The notes: a model not told the origin generated them from the sequence alone. A stretch of DNA of 64,000 bases from Mobula hypostoma (GCF_963921235.1 NC_086097.1:83514001-83578000); one strand, 5' to 3'; positions 35,623 to 48,410 are shown, numbered from the stretch's first letter. Numbers and translations: made by a program.

Positions 35623-37310
35623 TCATAAGAACATAAGAAATAGGAACAAGAGTAGGCCATCTGGCCCATCGAGCCTGCTCCGCCATTCAATAAGATCATG
35701 GCTGATCTGACCATGGACTCGTTTCCACCTACCTGTCTTTTCCCCATAACCCTTAATTCCTCTATTATGCAAAAATCTATCTAACCTTGTCTTAAATATA
35801 TTTACTGAGGTAGCCTCCACCGCTTCTTTGGGTAGAGAATTCCACAGATTCACCACTCTTTGGGAAAAGCAGTTCCTCCTCATCTCCATTCTAAACTTAC
35901 TCTTCCAAATCTTGAGGCTATGTCCCCTAGTTCTAGTCTTACCTAGCAGTGGAAAGAACTTCTTGCCTCTATCTATCTATCCTTTTCATAACTTCATATG
36001 TTTCTATAAGATCTCCTCTCATCCTTCTGAATTCCAGCGAGTACAGTCCCAGGCGACTCAATCTCATAATCTAGCCCCCTCATTTCTGGAATCAACCTGG
36101 TGAACCTCCTCTGCACCACCTCAAAAGTCAGTATATCCTTCCTCAAGTGAGGAGACCAGAACTGCATGCAGTGTTCCAGATGAGGCCTCACCAGTACCCT
36201 ATACAGTTGCAGCATAGCCTCCCTGCTCTTAAATTCAATCCCTCTAGCAACGAAGGCCAACATCCCATTTGCCTTCTTGATAGCCTGCTGCACCTGCAAA
36301 CCAACCTTTTGGAATTCATGTACAAGCACTCCCAAGTCCCTCTGCACAGCAGCATGCTGCAATTTTTTACCATTTAAATAATAATCTGATCTTCCATTTT
36401 TCCTTCCAAAATGGATAACCTCTCATTTACCAACATTGTGCTCCATCTGCCAGACCCTTGTCCATTCACTTAACCTATCTATATCTCTCTGCAGACTCTC
36501 CGTATCCTCTGCACAATTTGCTTTTCCACTCAATTTAGTGTCATCAGCAAACATGGATACACTACACTCGGTCCCCTCTTCCAGGTCATTAATGTATATC
36601 GTAAGCAGCACCGACCCCTGTGGCACACCACTCACCACTGATTGCTAACTAGAGAAACACCCAAGTATCCCAACTCTCTGCTTTCTATCGGTTAACTAAT
36701 TCTCTATTTATGCAAATACATCACCCCCAACTCTATTTATCCTTATGGTAGGTCTTTTATGTGGCCCTTATTGAATGCCTTCTGGAAATCCAAGTAAATA
36801 GTATCCACCCGTTTCCCCTCTATCCACTAAGCTTGTTATATCCTCAAAGAACTCCAGTAAGTTTCTCAAACAGGACCTGTCTTTGCTGCATCCATGCCGC
36901 ATCTGTGTGATGCCTCTTTCCAGAAGATTCGCTATTTCTTCTTTAATAATGGGTACAAGCATTTTCTCAACAACAGATGTTAAACTAACTGGCCTATAGC
37001 TACCTGCCTTTTACCTGCATCCTTTTCTGAACAGTGGCATGACATTTGCCTTTTTCCAATCTGCCGGTACCTGCCCAGAGTCCAGAGAATTTTGATAAAT
37101 CCTCAACTATAACCTCTACTAGCATTTCTTTCAGGACCCTAGGATGCATTCCATCAGGACCACGGGACTTGTCTGTCTTTCAGCCCAAGTTTGCTCAGCA
37201 TTTAGTGATAGCTATTATATCAACGTCCTCACTTCCCATCACATCCATATCATCTCTCTTCAGCATGTTAGACATGTCCTCCACTGTGAAAGCCGACACA
37301 AAATAGTCAT
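35623..37310 (-). mobile_element. CR1 LINE, 5'-truncated (RT to 3' tail)
   Basis: VSGVPQGSVL, MFADDTKL, LVRPHLEHCMQFWSP, EMRRNCFSQRVVNLWNSLP; tail cataagaacataagaa. Confidence 0.92.
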
Positions 37311-38834
37311 GGAGACATTCAGCCCACCAAATCCACTTACATTAACTCTTTTTTTACTTTCTCTACATTCTTATTAACTGCCCCTCCACTTATATACCCT
37401 GGTTAATTTACAGTGACCAATTAACCCCTTAACCTATATCATCTTTCATATGAGGGAGGCAACCAGAGCACACAGAGGAAAAGTACATGGTCACAGGGAG
37501 AATATGTAGGCCGAGATTGTACCTGGGTCTCCAGTGCAATGAGGCAGCAGCTCTACAAGTTGTGCCACACTGTTGCTTTTTGATTTTTAAAAATCATTTT
37601 ATTCTCCCCATATTCCCATCACCTCTTCCTCAGAATTTACCATCACCCATACATAAGGGACAATTTTAACCTACCAACCACCCCGTTTTGTGGATGGGAG
37701 GAACCTGTAGCAACCTGGGGAAACCTACAGCACACGGACAGCACCAGAAGTCATGACTGAACATAGATCACTGAAGTTGTGTGCTTTTGCTCTCTGCTAT
37801 ATTGGCTAATCAATTATTATGACAGGAATAGCTGGAGTAATGTTAATAATTAATAAAAATGTAGTAAATACAGATCCTGCCCTGACCCAAGGGTGATGGT
37901 AAAGGATGTAAAGTCAAACAGATGATTGACATTCCCAGACGCTCCTGTGACACTGCTGATGCCAAACTGTATCAGTCTCTGCCATTCCTTTGGATTCACC
38001 AGCTGCATGGAGACGGGGAGCCTGCTACATGGGCAACAGCTTGCTCATCATATCATACTGCCCTGACTTCCATATTACGAAAACAGTTGGGATGAAACAT
38101 CCATGGTCAACCTCAACCAAAGAAAGTCCTCAATGATAATATTCTCTGTTTTAATTTTAAAACATCATCTGGTCATTGTATGCACAAATTGACTGCTGAA
38201 TTACAAACACTGCCAACAGTGACTACACTTGTTTTAAAGGATGGTTCATTGGGATTAAAACAGATAAGAATGGAAATGTTCAGCAGGTCAGATAATACCC
38301 ATGAAGCATTAGATTTTCAGATCAGTGACCCTTCACCAGAATTCACAAAACACTAATAGCTTATAGGCAGGCTGACAACAAAAAATAGAGACATGAGACA
38401 CTGCAGGTGCTGCAATCTGGAGCAACGCATTACATGCTGAAGAAACTCAGCAGGTCAGGTATCATCAATGGAGGGAAGTGGACAGTTAACATTTTGGGTG
38501 GAGACCCTATATCTAGACTGAAAGATAGGTGGGAAGTAACCAGCATAAAAAGCTAGAAGGAAGGGTGGCAGAAGAGGTAGAAGGATCCAGATTAGGAGAT
38601 GAGTTAAGCACACAGAGGAGGAGGTGATGAAAATAAAAAGAAATGTCTGTAAAAGTGGAATGCAGAACTGATTAAATGATCAAAATTAAAGAAAAATTGC
38701 AGCACTGTAAGTCCAAAGATAAAACAGAAAATTATGGAACTATGCAGGAAATCAACCAGTATCCGCAGAGGGAGAAACATTCATCAGGCAATGACTTCTA
38801 TCAGGGAATGTTACATGGAGGCACAAGAGAGGTT

Positions 38835-39075
38835 GTGGATTCTGAAATCCAGATCAACATACAAAATGCTGTATGAACTTAGTGGGTCAGAGAGGATGTA
38901 TGGAGGAAAACGAATAGTCAACGTTTTGGACCAAGACTCGTCATCAAGCCTGGAAAGGAAGGGGGCAGAATCCTTCCTTTCCAGACCTCTGAAGGGTTTC
39001 AGACCAAACCATTGACCATTTTCCTCCATGGATTCTGCCTAATATGCTGTGTTCCTCCAGCATTTTGAGTGTTTT
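38835..39075. mobile_element. Old head-to-head PLE-derived element with two decayed hammerhead motifs around a 13-bp-stem hairpin
   Basis: caaaatgctg...agtcaacgttttggacc (- arm); ctggaaaggaagg-N9-ccttcctttccag; gaagggtttcagaccaaaccattgac...ctccagcattttg (+ arm). Confidence 0.7.
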
Positions 39076-39678
39076 GATCAGGAAATGTTTTCTCCCTCCA
39101 TAAATTCTGTCTGGGAACAAATGACAGCAGGGATGGCAATGTATGAGAGATGGGTTGTATGAGAGATGGGTTATGGACAAAAAAAAGCAAATGGTGGTTC
39201 AATGGAGATGTAAATAACATGAGAAGTGTTTGAGCAACAGCAAAAAGCAACATAACTAATTCACTTCTTTTTAAAAAAAGTGTAATTTAAAAAATATATA
39301 ATAAAACACAAGTTATTTACAAGATGCATGTGATCTGTCTTACACTTCCTTACGGCTTGGGTCCCACCCCCAAAAGTTGACATTTCTGACTGCACAGAAG
39401 CAGGCGGCGTTATTTATGGGAGTAGTGATCAGTTTGCTCGGGAAAGGTTTTGTTCTGTCGTGGTAGGGGTGTAATGCGAGCCCCCTGGCAACAGTTTTGA
39501 TTGTAGCTGTGATTTTACATAAGTGTCGAAGCAAAGGGCATCATCTACTTCCAGTTCAGAGGGGTGAGGAGCGGCTGGTCAGCAAGGAAGGGGAGGAGGA
39601 GGAGGAGGCGGCGGCGGCGGCGTGTGGTGTTGATGTCGGGCCGGGACTGTCGTTAATCGTCTGGAGGGAACCGAGCCG

Positions 39679-39708
39679 ATGAAGGGGAGTGGCGGTGGCA
39701 GTGAATGA
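39679..39708 (+). other. Upstream ORF MKGSGGGSE* whose stop overlaps the DCAF5 ATG (ATGA)
   Basis: ATG 39679 in a different frame; TGA 39706-39708 overlaps ATG 39705-39707. Confidence 0.6.
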
Positions 39709-39948
39709 GCGGAGCTGGAGGCGGCGCGATGCGGGAGCTCGGCCGCTGTCAGCCGGGACCCGGGCCGGGACCGCTCTTGCGGTTCCTGGGCCACCGGGAG
39801 CTGAGCGGCGACCGTTTCCTCAAGGAAGGCTTCCAGCGCCAGCGGCTGTCGGGCTGTAGAAACCTCTTCAAGAAGGACCTGCTCGGCCACTTCGGCTGCG
39901 TCAACGCCATCGAGTTCAGCGGCGGCGCTGGCGAGCTGCTGGTGTCCG
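39705..39948 (+). CDS. DCAF5: DDB1- and CUL4-associated factor 5 (WDR22), coding exon 1
   Basis: FQRQRLSGCRNLFKKDLLGHFGCVNAIEFS...LLVSG matches the recalled DCAF5 N-terminus; donor TCCG|gtaaga; start could be 39705 or the in-frame ATG at 39729. Confidence 0.9.
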
Positions 39949-41384
39949 GTAAGAAGTGGGGGGCCGTGGGCCGGGAGAGGCCGGTGCTGGGTAGGGGGAC
40001 AGAGTCGCACAGCCGCCTATTTACACAGACGCGCCCTGTTGTTATGGATACACACCCCTCCAGCACCTCCACTCCCCTCACTTTTACAGCTGGGGGATGG
40101 GGCCGCCTGCCTTCCCCTACGCCTCGGTCACCAGAAATCGAGGCCGTGGTCTGAGAAGCGCTGCAGGCCGCACCCCAGCCTCCCACACTTTGCTGTCACC
40201 CTTTCCCGTTCCTGGAGTGGTTGCACTTTTGTTTCCTTAAAATTCCAGATGTTAATCTCCCACTTTATGTTCGGTCCTGGCAGAGGCTGCCGAAAATGGC
40301 ATTTGTTGGTGGCATTCTGTTTTTTAAATTCATTGCTGCTGGGATATCTATTTTACATTCATTGCTGCTGGGTAACACGGAAAGGGAAAGGATTCATTGT
40401 ACGATATTACAATGTTTGCCAGTAGCCCCGAGATGTTCAGTGCAAATATCAACTTACTTTTGAATGTCACAGGGCTAAGGTGGGAGCATAATTGGACAGA
40501 ATTTGATATTGAACCACATAAGGGTGGGTGGTCAACAGCTTGATGTAGGAGGTGCTTGATAGGAGCATTCAAATCGGGAAAGAGTTAGAGCACATAGAGG
40601 TTAGTAGAGATAAATCCAGCACCAAGATAAAGACACATCCGTAATGATGGAGCATTAAAACTGAGGATGTTCAACTAATGAACAGATCTTGAGAAATAAC
40701 GGGGATGAGTAATGAAAGGCTGATGTTACAAAAATCTACTGGATGAACTCTGCGTCAAGCATCAGGATTGTTTTTCTCCCACAGATGCTGCTCGACTTTC
40801 TGAGATCCTCCAGCAGATTGTTTGTTGCTTCAGATTCCATCATCAGTAGTCTCTTGTGTCTCCAAAGACTGGAGTTGTTGCACCAGCTGATGTTCAAAAT
40901 GCAGAGACTATGAAATAATTCTCAAAAATAAAATTAGCCATTGTTAAGCCAATTTAGATCAGCAAGCATTTAAAAATGATGGCAAAGGTGTGAGTAACAA
41001 CGAGGGGATCAGAGCTTTGCGAAAGAACTCATGGTTCACCTGGTAACAAATTGCTAATGTAATCTAATTCTCTCAAAGGGGACTTTAATGTGGCATTTCA
41101 TAACCATGTTTTTTTTACAAGGTACAGTAGATCTGAATGGTAAACCAGAACAGTATATCTATTCAGACAGGACTTGATCATCAGATATTTCCAATCTATA
41201 TCGTCATTCAACCAATGTTTTTTAATTGTGCATGTAGCTTTCACATGTAGGAAAATGATTCAGATACCTCACTTGTTTGTATTCTTAAATGAATTTGACA
41301 TTAGGCCTGATGGGGAGTTAGAAGGGCAGATAACTGTAACTTAGTAAAAGAAGGTAGTTTTAGAGAAGGGTAGAGTGGCAGAAT

Positions 41385-42870
41385 CAGAATCAGGTTTATT
41401 GTCACTTAAATGAGTTGTTTTGTAACAGGAGTACAGTGCAAGACATAAAAACCTTACAAAAAAGTTACAATAAAAATGTGCAAAAGAGGAATAGCGAGGT
41501 CATAGTGTTCGTGCGTTCAGAGTTCTAAGTAAATTTATAATCCAAGTATATGTATGTCACCATGTCCAACCTTGAGATTCATTTTCTTGTGGACATACTC
41601 AATAAATCCATAATAGAATTAATGAAAGACTGCACCGACTTGTGCATTCAACCAGTGTGCAAAAGATGACAAACTCTGCAAATAAAAAAAGAAATAATAA
41701 TAATAAATAAATAAGCAGTAAATGTCAAGAGTATGAGATGAAGTGTCCTTGAAATGAGTCCATAGGTTGTGGCAACACACACAAAATGCTGGAGGAACTC
41801 AGCAGGCCAGACAGTATCTCTGGAAACGTGTAAACAGTCAACATTTTGGGCTGAGACCCTTCATCAGGACCTGAAGAAGGGTCTCAGCCCAAAACTTGGA
41901 CTGTTTACTGTTTTCCATAGATGCTGCCTGGCCTGCTGAGATGCTCCAGCATTTTGTTTGTACTGCCTGGATTTCCAAAATCCGCAGACTTTCTCTTGTT
42001 TGCCATAGGTTATGGGACCATTTCAATGATTGGGCAAGAGAAGTTGAGTGAAGTTATCGCCTTTGGTTCGAGAGTCTGATGGTTGAGTGGTAATAACTGT
42101 TCCTGAACTTGGTGGTGTAAGTCCTGAGGCTCCTGTACTTTCTTCCTGATGGCAGCAGTGAGAAGAGAACATTTCCCGGGTGATGGGGCTTCTTGATGGT
42201 GAATGCTGCTTTCCTGCGTGTAGATGTGGTCAGTAGTGGAGAGAGCTTTACCCGTGGTGGACTGGGCCATATTCACTACTTTTTGTAGGACTTGCTATTC
42301 AAGGGCTTTGGTGTTTCCATACTAGGCTATGATGCAGCACATATAGTCTGCAGCACACAGATCTACAGAAGTTTTTCACAAACTCCTTAGGAAGTGGAAG
42401 CCTTGCTGTTCTTTCTTTGTAATCGCACTTGCATGCTGGGCCCAGGACAGGTCCTCTAAAATGATAACACCAGGGAATTTAAAGTTGTTGACTTTCTCCA
42501 GTTCTTACCCTCCGATCAGAACTGGCTCAGGGACCTCTGGTTTTCTCCTCCTGAAGTCAATAATTAGGTCCTTTTGGGAATCTGAAGAGGAGAAGAAGAT
42601 ATTCCTAAAATTTAAGTGTGGCTCTTCAGGCTTCTATACCTCCTTAATGATTGTAATGAGAAGAGCGCATGCCTCAGATGGTGAGGGTCCTTAATGATGA
42701 ATGGTTTCTTCTTGAGACGCTACTTTTCGAAGATGTCCTCAATGGCGATGATTCTTATACCCGTGATGGGGCTGACTGAGTCTACAACCCCTGCAGCCTT
42801 ATTTGATCCTGTGCATTGAAGCCTGTACAGGAGGCAGTGATGCGATCAGTCACAGTGTTCTCCACAGTAC
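41385..42870 (-). mobile_element. Cluster of Rex1/Babar-like LINE 3' fragments
   Basis: Tails agaatcagaatcaggtttattg; 42010-42276(-) and adjacent sequence homologous to 18022-19100. Confidence 0.7.
41773..42002. mobile_element. Palindromic head-to-head PLE-derived element (about 95-bp arms), two hammerhead motifs (GAAA to AAAA), 13-bp TSD
   Basis: TSD CCATAGGTT(G/A)TGG at 41760-41772 and 42003-42015; centre ttttgggctgagacccttcatcagg-a-cctgaagaagggtctcagcccaaaa. Confidence 0.85.
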
Positions 42871-43515
42871 AGTCAGAATGCTCTGTGATACAGGTGGAGG
42901 GATTTAAGGAGTGAATTTCCTCGCTTTTTATCTTGGCAGTTGGGCATGGCTTCCAAGATGCAGCAATTAAAATCAGAGATGCTCAAGAAGCTGTATTTGG
43001 AAAGGAACAGATATCTCTGATTCATAAGGATGAAGAAGCTTACAAACATAAAGGGTTACTTGTCTATTCAGTTAGATCACAATTGAATTGCAAAGCAACT
43101 TCTGATTTTCGTTCATATCCTTTGATATCACTAATCCAACAAAACCTAAGTCAATTTCAAAATTTCAATTGCCTAGTTGTTCACTAATTTTTAAAAAAAT
43201 ATTTATTGATGTTTGGTGAAGTCAGTACTTATTGTTAATTTCTAATTGCCTTTGAGTTGGTTACAATCAGTCATTATATTAAACCACTCAGTCCTTGAGA
43301 TAAAAATGCTCCCACTGTGTTAAGAAGTCAAGAATTTTAGAACTTTGATCTAGATGTGGAAGTGAATCAATCGGAAGTGGTGGAATTCCAATGTGCTGCC
43401 ATCTTTGCCATTCCTAGTGGTGGAAGCCATGGATTTGGGAGATATTATTACAGACACTTGGACAGGTACATGGATAAGATAGGTTTTAATGGATATGAGC
43501 CAACACTGGCCAAAG

Positions 43516-43595
43516 CAGGGGATTCCAACCTAGGGTGTATGGACCTCTTGCTTCATGGTATTGGTCCATGGCATAAAAATGGTTGGGAACCCCTG
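43516..43595. mobile_element. 80-bp hAT (Charlie-type) MITE
   Basis: TIRs CAGGGGATTCCAACC ... GGTTGGGAACCCCTG; TSD not recognisable. Confidence 0.7.
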
Positions 43596-45861
43596 GGATT
43601 AGCTTGGTCAGCATGGGTGAGTTGGGCCAAAGGGCCTGTTTCCATGCTATATTACTTTACCGTATGACTAAATATTGGCAAGTTGTTGCAGTATGGCTTG
43701 TGTGTGGTCTCCATCCTCAGCCACAGTATACCAATGGTGAAAAGAATAAATATTTATAGTAATGGATATGGTGCTGGTCAAGCAGATTGCTTTACTTATG
43801 GTGCGGTAGTTTGAAGCTCTGTGGAAATAGTTTATCATAATTCTTTACAATATTGAAAGTGCTTTAGAGTTCATGGTGAGCCAATCTTAAAGTACATATC
43901 TGACACTGCCTCAATATTTATGTGGCTGGGCCAGTAATAGGGTAATAGCTGTTGATGTGGGACCTAAGGCCTGAGAGAGTAGTAGTGAGAAGAGAGCATG
44001 GTCTGGACCGTGAGCATCCTTGATGCTGGATGCTGCTTTCTTGTGGCAGCGCTTCATGTAAATGCAAATGCAGATATTGCATGATTGATGATTTCAGCAG
44101 GTAAGATGAGGCAAGGGCCAGAATTGAACCAAGTTTTTTGAAGATGCATACAAGTGATTTTGCTGATGGCATGAATGTGTTCCAAAGCTAGTCTTGGTTC
44201 AAATGTTCACTTCCCTCTTCATTGTGTTGTATTTAGTGGATTGGTACTATCCTTTCTCCCCATTGCAAGTGCTTTAGTTGTAGTGGTGGTATATTCTTTG
44301 AATAATTAGTTGAAACTCAAAAATGCTTTATCTTTCACGTGTAATCTGATATTCAATTCTAGTGCATCAGCACATTGTTTAATCTTTCCACTCCTCTAAT
44401 CTTTCTAGACTGTGTTTGAGGTTAAGTATTAAATGAGCAAAACTTTCCTCCAATTAAATACCTGGAGGACCAAACTAATTATATTCAACCCAATTAAGAA
44501 TTCTTTTCCATAGCCACTGACTTATTTCTCTTGCTGGCAACTGTCCAAAACTGAACAGGGCCATCCCAATCTCTTCTTTGAACCTCCTTGATTACCCTCT
44601 TTTATGATGCTTCTTTAAAAACTTCAGCTAGAATTAAAAAATTTGTTGTAATATTTCCTATTTGGCACAATGCTAAACGATGCTGGAAAATGTTCCTGTA
44701 CATAATCTTAACATTGAAAAGCAAAGTACTGTATGTGCTGGAAATCTGAACTAGAATAGAAAATGCTGCAAATATGCAACAGATCAGACAGCAATGAGGT
44801 GAAACTATTTGAGTTTCATCCACTCCAAGTTATGCTGAGGCCTCTTTCTCTGAACTTGGCTGTTCAATATAGATTGTTGTTGAGTCCCTTCGACTCAGCA
44901 GAACTATCTAATACTTCATCTCCATTCAATTAAAATTAATCAGGGCCAACATGAAAGGAATGTGAGACATGGCTTCCAGAGATCTAAATTAAATACTGTT
45001 TTAAAATCATCTTTACTGTGTGTCTGACACCAGAAGTAGGTCAAGGGCAAGACTGTAGTTGAGGCTCTTCCAAGTCTGGCTTACTTTTTCTCCCTTATAC
45101 CCTTAGGATGCTCTCTCTTTTCCTGCACAATTATTACATGATTGTGAACTTTTAAACACTAAGTTAGCAATTGCATCAGAGGCAAATCAGCGTACCACTT
45201 TTGATAAATATAGCCTGCCAAGGAGGAATGAAAGGAAAGAAGTCCAGTTTGGTGAGCCATTGGGGATGTGGCAAGAATGGCATGCACTAACGTGTTGATA
45301 GATCTACTAATGATACTGAAAAGTTATCTTGTACAGTAATTAGTTTTACATAACTTTCTGTTCGTACCTTTTAACCATGGAAGATATTCTTTATTTTGAA
45401 AGCATAATTTACAACTGGAATTAAGCTCGATGTAAAAAATGTATGGGATTAAAACAACATGCTGGAAGTTGTCTTATAGTGGCAGCAGATTAGATATTAT
45501 TAATACATATTTTTAGGTGTTTAGGATATTTCTGAACATGGATTTAATTCTATTCCTCAGTTCTATAATTAGCACATTGTTTAGCGAGTGATGTGATTAT
45601 TATGGCAATTGATTTGAAGATATAATTTTTGTCTAAAAGAAGAGCTATCTGTCAGCCACAGGCGAAATTATAATCTCCCCAGTTATTAATATAGATGAAT
45701 GACTGACAGATTTGAAGAATTTATTATTCTATACCATCTTTGCATTTTCTGTATGATGAATCAAATTTACATTAACAGTTTTAGCTTTTTTGTTTCCGGA
45801 TGTATGCATGGCTTGTCATTTTAAAACCTCTTTTAGGAATGTTTGACATTATAGATTATCT

Positions 45862-46094
45862 ACATTGAAACTCCATTACTCTGACATGCTGAGCACTTTG
45901 GTGCTGGAATGGTGGATTTTCTGGACTGTTAGATATTACTGCAATTAATGTACAACAGACTTTTGTTACACAGTGGTATAATAAATTCTCCAGTGATCAG
46001 TCCAGGAACCAGGGCCTCTGACATTAATTTGAGTGCGAGAAGCTTCAGAATTTCCAAACGCTTGAATAGCAATTTTGTATGGAGATTTACTGTA
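45862..46094. mobile_element. Old Tigger/pogo-like MITE
   Basis: Imperfect termini tacattgaaactcc ... ggagatttactgta. Confidence 0.45.
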
Positions 46095-46214
46095 TATATT
46101 AATGTCCATATGTCTAATTCATTGCAAGATCATTTTTGGTGTCTGATGACTGCGTTTCAATAATTGTGTGTCAGAATATTTTCTTTTTTTAATCTATTCT
46201 CAACTCTCTCTATT

Positions 46215-47258
46215 AGACCATAAGACATAGGAGCAGAATTGGACCATTCATACCAGTGAGTCTGCTCTGCCAGTCCATCGTGACTGATTTATTATCCCTC
46301 TCAACCCCATTCTCCTGCCTTTTCCCTGTAATCTTTACTAATCAAGAACCTATCAACTTCCACAGCTGTCTGTAGCAAAGAATTCCTTTATTCTAAGGCT
46401 GTGCCCTCTGGTGCTAAACTCTACCACCATAGGAAACATCCTGTCCACATCCACTCTATCTAGATCTTTCAATATTCAATAGGCTTCAAAGAGATGCCCC
46501 CTCACCCCCAATTCTGTTAAACTCCAGCGAGTACTGGCTCAGAGCCATTAAACAATCCTCATACATTAACCCTTCTATTGTCAGAATCATTCTGGTGACG
46601 CTCCTCTGGACCCTCACTGATGCTAGTAAAACTGCTTGCCAATGCTTTATAAAGCCTCAGCATTACACCCTTGCTTTTATATTCTAGTCATTTCAAAATG
46701 AATGCTAACATTGCATTTGCTTTCCCTAAAACCAACTCAACCTGCAAGTTAACCTTTAGGTTAGCGACTCCAGCATGAGGACTCCAAATCCCTTTGCACC
46801 CTTGATTTCTGAATTTTCTCTCTATTTTGAAAATAGTCTGTGCCTTTGTTTCTTCTACCAAAGTGCATGACCATACACTTCCCAACACTATATTCCATCT
46901 TCCACTTCATTGCCTATTCTCCCAATCTGTCCAAGTCCTTCTGCAGACTCCCTGTTTCCTCAACATTACCTGTCCCTCCACCTATTTTCATATCATCTGC
47001 AAATTTGGCCACAAAGCCATCAATTCCATCATCCAAATCATTGACATATAATTTGAAAAGAAGCAGTCCCAACACCAACCCCTGCGAAACACCAATTGTC
47101 ACTGGCAGCCAACCATAAAAGGCCCCCTTTGTTCACGCTCATTGCCTCCTGTCAGTTAGCCAATCTTCTATTCATTTTAGTATCTTTCCTGTAAGACTCT
47201 TGTTTAGCAGCCTCATATAAGGCACCTTGTCAAATGCCTTCTGTAAATTCAAGTAATA
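46215..47258 (-). mobile_element. CR1 LINE 3' fragment
   Basis: 46914-47102(-) GVSQGLVLGLLLFKLYVNDLD...AKFADDMKIG; QKAFDKVPY; tail agaccataagacatagg. Confidence 0.85.
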
Positions 47259-47272
47259 TTGGAAATACATTC

Positions 47273-47305
47273 GACGTTTCAGGCCGAGACCCTTCGTCAG
47301 GACTT
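47273..47305 (-). ncRNA. Hammerhead core, best-preserved copy (GUC triplet), ending at the insertion junction
   Basis: Minus strand AAGUC-CUGACGA-AGG-GUCUCGG-CCU-GAAA-CGUC, then target DNA. Confidence 0.72.
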
Positions 47306-47424
47306 CGTCTCGGCCTGAAACGTCGACTGTACCTCTTCCTAGAGACGCTGCCTGGCCTGTTGCGTTCACCAGCAACTTTGATGTGTGTTGCTTGAATTTC
47401 CAGCATCTGCAGAATTCCTGTTGT
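47273..47424. mobile_element. Young PLE-derived short element with inverted 5' arm and perfect 14-bp TSD
   Basis: TSD TTGGAAATACATTC at 47259-47272 and 47425-47438; CpGs preserved. Confidence 0.9.
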
Positions 47425-48122
47425 TTGGAAATACATTCTCCTGTTTGTAACCTTACAAGATCTCTCATTTTTACTTTTCTCTATTAAACTTAAGAGCCGG
47501 GAGTGTTGAGCATTTATCGGGATCATCCTTGTTGCTTGGTCCCTCTCTAACTCTAAAGGCATTTGTATCTGATACTGTTCTTGTCAGTTTATTCTGCAGC
47601 CTATCATTTTTATGACATGCACCAGATAAGGCCTAACTCGTAAAGACATATTGCTTTTTCATACTTGTGCACAATGCCTCTGGTCTCACTTCACCAATAA
47701 TTAATATGTTCCCTAAAGTGACCGCTTTTCTAGGTTTTGCGCCATCTATAAACTTTGAAACTTAAAACTTGATTTGTATGTTGTATTTTTTTAAATGAAG
47801 AAGTACGAGCTCTAACCTCTGGTACACTTCCCTCTGATCTGGGAAAGTTACATTTTATCATTGCTGCCTGCTTTATAATCTTTTTGTCAAATTTATGTAC
47901 GTGCTGCAATTGTTTACAGCTATCAGTTATGTTATAACATACTTTGCACATTCATATATTACAAATGCCACCATCTTCCATGTTCTGTTGTTTTATGATA
48001 GAGCTCCCTAATTTTTGCTAGGCAATGTTTGCCTTTAACAAATCATGTCTTAATCTCAGGGTTTCCTAAGGGCTATTTTTGTTCTATTTATTTTCTGCTC
48101 CTTGGACAGATAGTTCTGCAAA

Positions 48123-48410
48123 TACAGGCTTCCCCAGGTATTGAATAGTTTCTGTTTTTACAGATGTCCTTAAGCAGATTTTGTCTATGTCAGAAAATAC
48201 ATGAAAATCACTCTATGGAAACCATTCCTCCATAGTATTGTAATGAACATCATTAATAACACTTAACTAATAAGAAAGGAAGAATTTAGTTTTGCCATTC
48301 ATAGGAATGAAGGTTTGTATGTACATCAAACTTCTGAATATAATAGTATAAGAGCTCACTTTTACCTATAGATGTCTACAGTTTGGATGTTCATAAGCTG
48401 GGGATAGCCT
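48123..48410. mobile_element. Old Tigger/pogo-like MITE
   Basis: Imperfect termini tacaggcttcccc ... ggggatagcct. Confidence 0.45.

Larger units (their letters stand above)
39560..40180 (+). promoter_or_regulatory. CpG island / DCAF5 promoter and 5' UTR with (GGA)n(GGC)n tract
   Basis: High GC and CpG density; ggaggaggaggaggaggcggcggcggcggcg at about 39592-39622. Confidence 0.8.

Noticed and set aside
37865-38135. RTE-related SINE-like segment that might hold an HDV-like ribozyme
   Set aside because: I could not build the nested double pseudoknot by eye, and the family assignment itself is uncertain.
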